Source: Bacteroidota bacterium (GTDB taxonomy: Bacteria; Bacteroidota; Bacteroidia; Bacteroidales; JAAAOM01). Taken from it: a DNA stretch of 64,000 nucleotides. The stretch spans positions 7,200-71,199 of the forward strand of contig JAAAOM010000033.1 of assembly GCA_009908855.1 (NCBI GenBank), written 5' to 3'. Both the position numbers and the translations under genes were made by a program. Below, one piece after another: positions 59,201-64,000 of this stretch. Every line of letters begins with the position of its first letter. The stretch's first letter is position 1. The notes beneath the pieces were generated by a model. That model did no database searches and was not told the DNA's origin. It worked only from the letters and a program-made list of their open reading frames with translations.

Positions 59201-61080
59201 AAATCATTATAATCATAACTTCCGGTTAATTCTTCATCCACGTTATATGTACCGCTAACCATCACATTACTGGCAATGGGTGGAAAATTGCCATTGGTCA
59301 CATTTAATGTATTGCCGATATCCTGTTGCGGATTGCCATGAACCGCATTCCAGCTTGTTGCAAAGCTAATGGTATAATTATTTCCGTCTGCATCAACTGT
59401 TCCGCTTTGGTTAAATAAGGTATCCAAAACAATTTTATCGGTTCCGGTAATGGATACGTTAAATCCGGTTAATGAGTCAATATCAACATCTGTTGAAGTA
59501 GCTAAAGTATAAGACTGTGTCTGCTTACCGATGATAGTTATTTGTGAAACATCGATATCATCCAGGCTATTGCCATTGGAAGCCAGATTGGAAGCTGTAA
59601 CCTCTAATTGGCCGGCATTATAGTCGTAACTAACATTCGTAACTGCGGGACTGGTAAGTGAAGTTACATCCAACGAACCCGAATCAGCTGATGCAGCTGT
59701 ACCATTCCAATTATTCGACAATTGTATTTCATAATCCTCCATACCGGCTGACTGACTGCCGGTTGCATCAAGCAGGTGATTTAACCGGGCCAAATCCATG
59801 TCTGATAATGTAAATGTTACGGTTGATTCTGTTTCGGGTGTAACGGAAGCCGGTGTTGTGGTTGACAAGGTATAGCTGCCTGAGGCGCCAACAGCAAATG
59901 TGATTGATGAAATTGAGATAGCATCTGATGTAGAAAACTGGCCATTAAGCGTCAATATCCGGGTTGAAGCATTATAAGTAGCATCATCCAAACGGGGTAG
60001 TGCTTCACCAATCGGGCTGGTCCAACTGCTTAATACTTCTTCGCCGGTAAGCTGATCGCCGGTGGTGGCAACCGGTGTTACACCAAATTGTATATACTTA
60101 TTCTCATCTGCCTGTACCAGCGTATATTCCTGTTCATCGGCAGCGGCAATGGCTGTTCGGTTTGTACCTGTGCCATCATCAGCCCGATACCATTGGTATA
60201 TGGAGCTGCCTTCGGGGCTGCCCTCATTGTCATTATAGGTATAAATGCCATTTAATACCTCACCAACATTCTGTGTCCCTGTTACTCCAACACCCGTTGC
60301 AAATGGTGCAAAATCACCATCAAGTACGGACAGCCCGATACCCAAATCGGCAGTTGGATATCCATGAACAACGTTCCAGTTTACACTGAAATCAATTGAA
60401 TAATTATTGCCATCCAGGTCTTGTGTACCCACTTTATCAAATAAATCATCCAGGGCATTTCCGTCACTGGCGGCCATGGTAATTGAAAAACTGTCGACTG
60501 TGATAATATCAGTATCCCCGGTTGTGGACAAGGAATATGGATTACCATCCTTACCGGTTATGGTAATTTCCGAAACATCAATATCATTATTGACTATCTG
60601 ATCGGTAGCAAAATTACTGCCTGAAACGCTTAAAATTTGATCGTCATAATCGTAAGTAGCTGAAGTAATTGTGGGGGTGGTAAGATTAAGCACTTCAATA
60701 CGACAGGTGTCTTCAGCAGATACTATACCGTTCCAGGTAGCGGCTGCCCAAATTTCATAGCGTGTGCCTAGTGATGATAATGTATCTGCCTTATCGAAAA
60801 GGCTATTTAAATGAGATACATCTATTCCTGTGATAGGAATTGTTATCGGACTGGATGGGGTTAAACCAGTATTCACGTCAGATGTACCGAATAATTGATA
60901 ATCAGTATCCGAATGTATGGTAAAATCGCTTGCATCAATATCAGTAGATGAAGCAAATGTTCCGTATAATAAAAGCTCTTGTGTATTAGAATTATAAGTT
61001 GCACTATCCAACTCGGGCTGCGCCATTGTAATTTGTAAAGCACTAAATATTAGCAGGGTATATAATAAAATCGCTCGCAT
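53281..61080 (-). CDS. Large (2599 aa) T9SS-secreted repeat protein: Ig-like modules, PKD domains, Omp28-like domain
   Basis: Signal peptide; three LD(S/D)A.YN modules; four Y.Y.D..GD/S...(Q/R)W(Y/F)R Ig repeats; Cys-paired G..P(W/Y)S.TY repeats; PKD WNFDD/WFFGD; RVVLLEHFTN; VYPNP sorting domain. Confidence 0.9.
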   Translation of the reverse strand: MRAILLYTLLIFSALQITMAQPELDSATYNSNTQELLLYGTFASSTDIDASDFTIHSDTDYQLFGTSDVNTGLTPSSPITIPITGIDVSHLNSLFDKADTLSSLGTRYEIWAAATWNGIVSAEDTCRIEVLNLTTPTITSATYDYDDQILSVSGSNFATDQIVNNDIDVSEITITGKDGNPYSLSTTGDTDIITVDSFSITMAASDGNALDDLFDKVGTQDLDGNNYSIDFSVNWNVVHGYPTADLGIGLSVLDGDFAPFATGVGVTGTQNVGEVLNGIYTYNDNEGSPEGSSIYQWYRADDGTGTNRTAIAAADEQEYTLVQADENKYIQFGVTPVATTGDQLTGEEVLSSWTSPIGEALPRLDDATYNASTRILTLNGQFSTSDAISISSITFAVGASGSYTLSTTTPASVTPETESTVTFTLSDMDLARLNHLLDATGSQSAGMEDYEIQLSNNWNGTAASADSGSLDVTSLTSPAVTNVSYDYNAGQLEVTASNLASNGNSLDDIDVSQITIIGKQTQSYTLATSTDVDIDSLTGFNVSITGTDKIVLDTLFNQSGTVDADGNNYTISFATSWNAVHGNPQQDIGNTLNVTNGNFPPIASNVMVSGTYNVDEELTGSYDYNDFKGDLEENSTYQWFRADDGSGTNSAGITGANAQNYTLVAADNGKFVRFAVTPGADDGQTPGEQAFSSWYGPVGDALPRLDSARYNASGQQLTLYGQFNTGEDIQTGDMTFAVGATTYTLSSTPNATPGGASQTTITLSGINVAHLNGLFDATGLTSSGAQAYELQLADDWNGTSASPDNSQLEIMMLSTPAISNVAYNVSTGVLSFTANHLATNGIGGNDDIDVSEITITGKKGLTRTLSSSSNKDITSLTSFTIAVTGNDRNVMDTLFDNDGTNDAMGNSYEVDLNANWNLVHGNNQQDMDNPLTVSNVNYPPYVTGVSYTGTLTVGQALSGDYTYNDDEGDDEVNTEFRWYRADDGSGTNEVQIANADQQIYILDDDDEGKYIRFAVIPGADDGLTPGEIVYSSRKGPISNAGPVAYNLSISGTQAVGSELEAFYEYSDPEGDPEDVSSTSFQWYRSPDSTQANRTPIAGATDITYSLIGADQDMYIQFRVIPEAQSGTSPGSAVFSPFSGQITGEEPTATISGNDSICPGETSDSIKIILTGTPNWSVTYSIDGDTETVSGITSSPYTIPATEAGEYTLVSVSDDLYTMGTTSGAGNIYIWNTPSASLSGDDTICNSGSATAVLSLNLTGAAPWSVTYSRNGSSFSIEDEIQTTNHQFAVSDTGLYELVTVTDAHCEGSVSGDAQVDFYNIPSAQIAGNATICQGEQATITVSLNGNQPFDFKYFKVGATDTTSVTDNATSEFEFTTGDEGTFRLKEMNDNRCPGIVSGQATINKYPLASAVMSGNDSICDDGTTAVINLDFQGTQPYSFTYSIDDEDTITRSNVFSDPYSFQVTTPGLYELISMSDDNCDGQVSGQAIINQIPTPTATIHGNKIICEEDTAELMITLTGAAPWNLTYTINGTNPQSITGITSDTIYIDAHQEGNYVLTSLSDSRCGGGTTSGLGIVDHRDSPFATIFDGEAICVGDTSDEITVVFNGSAPYSFAYAIDGVPFDTINNIASGTYNLEAYLEGNYTITAMNDAYCPGEAYGSGEITINELPEVEIVGLESIYSATSEDVLLTGSPTGGTFSGSDGIIMDGGNSYFSPEEAYEFAPTHYINYQYTDPNTSCTNSDTDTVFVIGADGDIVIQNEKDVYCFNDDPFIVNGVNTAQDTGSFSISGNEGLVDNGNNTATIFPGMLEDGNFTITYTYFDDDTFELTKDIEVEYVDSIWIITDLPQEVCENGTNITLIGNNSSAFFEGQGVFGNIGSGFEFRPPQVGEDSSVISYIYTTSNGCKRQADETIYLNPIPDIDFSLDNICVDIANNAQANFINETVSTDSIISWSWNFDDINSGSANFSPEFSPSHYYSEAGPRNIELSATTINNCSASKIKNLVISDIPIAGFYTENNCYTNGDATEFTNTSTGQVNINDYKWFFGDSVLTDMEVSYTFEDIESYNVKLIIGNEYGCKDSISQDITLKPLITLTEEGYLQTFESANPAGWMSSSSSEVNSWTLGEPSGQLINDTSRAWYTSVSANQANEQSWVSSPCFSFENTKRPMVKMNIWQDFESNDRDGVILQYTTDNGRTWTDVGSVDNGIKWYNADEIDGEPGGSSMGWSGNDSDWGDPARSNLDVLNGEEYVQFRMAYGAVNRTGSADGFAFDNFWLGERSRVVLLEHFTNSADNNSLDADNLVDNITDQYPLDVIDIQYHTEVPGEDPLNKDNPQVARDRVYYYDIDDELIPFSIINGNMEYSFPGNPWNAAALLTESLKEEAFGIEITGSKSNNIISGDVTIKAKRNFTSADITLYIVIIETVIDEDDVEGINGDKVFRQVVKSMEPNSAGTNFLNPWSIGDSATIGYSYQVNQTVYNVKNLRVVAFVQDESNQLVYQAASYQPQGLLDIPYTTHKRNELSFTVYPNPINYSAYVSFANELEKEAKIEILDTRGVVQKTTSLKPGKQLYELNISGFEPGYYMINIISAGRAGIKPVMILNE

Positions 61081-61263
61081 GGGTATATCGGTTTAAAATG
61101 ATGGGTATAACACTTCACGCTACAAAGATTTAAAATTTGCGTGAATAAATTATCCTTGTTTGTTAATATTTTGATTAATACACATATAATGTATATGAAC
61201 CCTTATATCAGGTACTGGAGAATAATAAATATTTCTGACACAATGGAATAAAGCGGTTATCTC

Positions 61264-62493
61264 CTACTTTCCGGCATTCAGCTCAGCAATTTTAACAATT
61301 ACCTCCGTGGCTTTAACCATTGATTGTATGGGAATAAACTCATAGCGCCCATGGTAATTGTGGCCGCCGGTAAAAATATTGGGTGTAGGTAGTCCTTTAA
61401 AAGACAGGCGTGCCCCGTCGGTTCCCCCACGAATAGGAGATATTTTTGGTGTGATACTCAAGGCTTTCATGGCTTCCTGTGCCAGCTCAATAATATGCAT
61501 GACCGGCTCTATTTTTTCGCGCATATTGTAATACTGGTCCATCATAATAAGTTTTACTGTGTTAGAGCCGTATTTGATATTCAAATGGTCGATAATTTTG
61601 ATAAGCAGGTCTTTTTTATGATCAAATTTTTCTTTGTTATGATCGCGGATGATGTATTGCATGGTTGTGTATTCCACATCACCGTCAATTTTAACCAGGT
61701 GATAAAAGCCTTCATACCCTTCGGTATGGGAGGGTACTTCATGTAACGGGAGCATGCCATTTAACTCGGTGGCAATAAGCATGGAATTAACCATTTTATT
61801 TTTGGCCGTACCGGGGTGCACATTTCTTCCCTGAATAGTAATTTTCGCGCTGGCGGCGTTAAAATTTTCAAATTCCAACTGGCCAATTTCTCCGCCATCC
61901 ATAGTGTAAGCAAAATCCGCTCCAAATTTCCGAATATCAAAATGATCGGCGCCGCGACCTATTTCTTCATCCGGTGTAAAGGCAATACGAATTTTCCCGT
62001 GTTTTATATCGGGATGATTGATCATAAATTCAGCTGCCGAAATAATTTCTGCTACCCCGGCTTTGTTATCAGCGCCCAATAAGGTAGTACCATCGGTAGT
62101 AATCAAATCTTTACCTATGTAACTATACAATGCCGGGAATTCCAATGGAGACAGATTAATATTTCCTTTTTGATTGAGTAACAATTTATTGCCGTTGTAT
62201 TTCTGATGGATAAGGGGTTTTACGTTTTTGCCTGACATATCGGGTGAAGTATCGATATGAGAAATAAAACCTATAACGGGTACATTATGATTGATATTTG
62301 AGGGTATGGTGGCCATAATGTAACCATTTTCGTCCAGTTCAACCTCTTCAAGACCTATCTCTTTAAGTTCTTCGCATAACATTTGTGCAAATTCGAGCTG
62401 CGTTTGGGTGCTGGGGATTGTATTTGCGTCTTCATTAGACTGCGTATCAATTTTAACGTATTTCAAAAACCTGTTAACGATAGCATCTTTCAT
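61264..62493 (-). CDS. pepT: Peptidase T (tripeptide aminopeptidase)
   Basis: [44 protein letters not shown]. Confidence 0.97.
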   Translation of the reverse strand: MKDAIVNRFLKYVKIDTQSNEDANTIPSTQTQLEFAQMLCEELKEIGLEEVELDENGYIMATIPSNINHNVPVIGFISHIDTSPDMSGKNVKPLIHQKYNGNKLLLNQKGNINLSPLEFPALYSYIGKDLITTDGTTLLGADNKAGVAEIISAAEFMINHPDIKHGKIRIAFTPDEEIGRGADHFDIRKFGADFAYTMDGGEIGQLEFENFNAASAKITIQGRNVHPGTAKNKMVNSMLIATELNGMLPLHEVPSHTEGYEGFYHLVKIDGDVEYTTMQYIIRDHNKEKFDHKKDLLIKIIDHLNIKYGSNTVKLIMMDQYYNMREKIEPVMHIIELAQEAMKALSITPKISPIRGGTDGARLSFKGLPTPNIFTGGHNYHGRYEFIPIQSMVKATEVIVKIAELNAGK

Positions 62494-62590
62494 AATAACC
62501 TGCGTTGATATTTATCAGATGAAAATAATAAATTATCGCTTATAAATGAGCATTATGCTTTGAAAATCTATCGGAATGAGAAATTTGGTA

Positions 62591-64000
62591 TTAAAAATAA
62601 ATGTATTTATTGAGGATATCTGTAAAATAGTCTACATCCATATCATAAGATAAATATTCATGAATGCCATAAGAAAAACAAATTTCTTTTTCATCCTGTG
62701 TAGGCTGATCGCTGATATACAGGAAGGTATGCCCGGGTTGGTTTTTTTGGTCAATAATTTGCTTTATAAGCGACATTTGTTGGCCTGCATGGAAGAAAAA
62801 CAGTTGTTTACAACCTGAACGCAAAGGAGGAAAATCGGTAAGGCTGTAATATTGAACTTTGCTGTGCTCCGATAACACATTCATAATTGGTTTGAGCCAT
62901 TGTAAATGATGAAGGGAGCAATAAGTATATACGATGTTCTCTTTTATGGGTGTTAGTGCAGCTTCGCGATTGCCAACATGTCCGGATAACGGCAGTTGAA
63001 TTTTAAATACCGACCCCAGCTTATTTTGTGAGCGCAATTGCATATTGCCATTTAAAAATTCAACATATCCTTTGACAATGGACAACCCCATGCCTGTTTT
63101 CATTGCTCCCTCATTTTGAAGGGTAACAAATTCAGTTGGTTGATCATGCCTTTCCAATCTGTTTCGTTGCTGACGGTTAACACCTTTTCCGGTATCGGAA
63201 GTGTAAATATTCAGTAACCCGCTGTGGTCCATGTAATAACCAAATTCGATATATCCGCTCAGGGTATTTTTAAAACTATTCGACAACAGATTAAGCATAA
63301 TCTGCTTAATTTTCCCTTTGTCGGCATAAATATAAACTGCTTTATGATCTATTCCTTTATGACAGGTGATTTTTATGTTTGTATGTCTTTTGGTTAACAA
63401 TTGATTTTTGCAATAGAAAAGAATGTCATCGAAGGTTTTATTAATATCAAATTGTACTTCATTCAATATCATTTCGCCTGATTCCATACGTGCAATATCC
63501 ATAACCTCCTCAAAGGCATTTAGCAGATTTTTACCGTTATCCCTGATAAGCGTGGCATATTTTTGTTTTTTTTCTTCGGGTAAAGACGGTCTGTTTAGCA
63601 GATCAGCAAATCCCATAATCCCGTTCATGGGTGTGCGAATTTCATGAGACATGCTGTTTAAAAAAGCCTTTTTCAGACGGTCTGACTCATCCGCTTTTAA
63701 TTTGGTTTCGTAATACCTGCGCTCAATTATGCGGGCCCGTGTTTTATTATGAAATATAAGTAACAGAAAAAGAACCTCATTATCATTATTTAAAACCGGA
63801 TAGTATTGGTAATCAAACCATTCCTGCTTTCCTTTAGGTGTACGAACAACAACCTCTTCGGATATGTATTTGCCCTTGATGGCATCATTGGTACATTGCA
63901 AATATTTTTTTAAATGGCCGGTTGCAATATAACGATCAAATATTTCGCCTGGTTTTGGATAATTATTGTAATAATTAAGCAACAACTGTTTACCATTGCT
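62591..64000 (-). CDS. Sensor histidine kinase (PAS-HisKA-HATPase, degenerate receiver-like tail); 5' end outside window
   Basis: FLNSMSHEIRTPMNGI, QIMLNLLSN, DTGKG, GMGLSIV; the frame stays open to the window edge. Confidence 0.9.
   Translation of the reverse strand, partial: SNGKQLLLNYYNNYPKPGEIFDRYIATGHLKKYLQCTNDAIKGKYISEEVVVRTPKGKQEWFDYQYYPVLNNDNEVLFLLLIFHNKTRARIIERRYYETKLKADESDRLKKAFLNSMSHEIRTPMNGIMGFADLLNRPSLPEEKKQKYATLIRDNGKNLLNAFEEVMDIARMESGEMILNEVQFDINKTFDDILFYCKNQLLTKRHTNIKITCHKGIDHKAVYIYADKGKIKQIMLNLLSNSFKNTLSGYIEFGYYMDHSGLLNIYTSDTGKGVNRQQRNRLERHDQPTEFVTLQNEGAMKTGMGLSIVKGYVEFLNGNMQLRSQNKLGSVFKIQLPLSGHVGNREAALTPIKENIVYTYCSLHHLQWLKPIMNVLSEHSKVQYYSLTDFPPLRSGCKQLFFFHAGQQMSLIKQIIDQKNQPGHTFLYISDQPTQDEKEICFSYGIHEYLSYDMDVDYFTDILNKYIYF

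Overview
AT-rich Bacteroidota (Bacteroidales/Marinilabiliales-like) chromosomal window, judged from TAnnTTTG promoters, T9SS cargo proteins and the tmRNA tag GENNYALAA. Housekeeping content: rpe, tmRNA, dnaB, queCDE under a preQ1-I riboswitch, carboxyltransferase plus biotin carrier, lptG, tgt, ECF sigma, rsmG, rpmH (missed by the ORF track), a six-gene alternative complex III operon, pepT and a sensor kinase. Accessory content: a repeat-flanked four-helix-bundle gene behind tmRNA; a cobalamin-riboswitch/MtaA-like methyltransferase unit between 134-bp direct repeats; a DUF4856-imelysin-HTTM/gamma-carboxylase-like-TonB receptor operon; a 3-keto-glycoside (Gfo/DUF1080/ApbE) cluster; and two large T9SS proteins. 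The most notable region is ~23.4-26.65 kb. There, four toxin-antitoxin modules are organised like integron gene cassettes, with cassette starts complementary to their own downstream ends, a ~130-bp attC-like hairpin and GTT crossover motifs. No integrase is present in the window. Two of the attC-like sites are interrupted at GCTA| by antisense remnants of a group IIC-attC-type intron. A phased 10 x 21-bp repeat array lies just upstream. All calls were made by eye without database searches.
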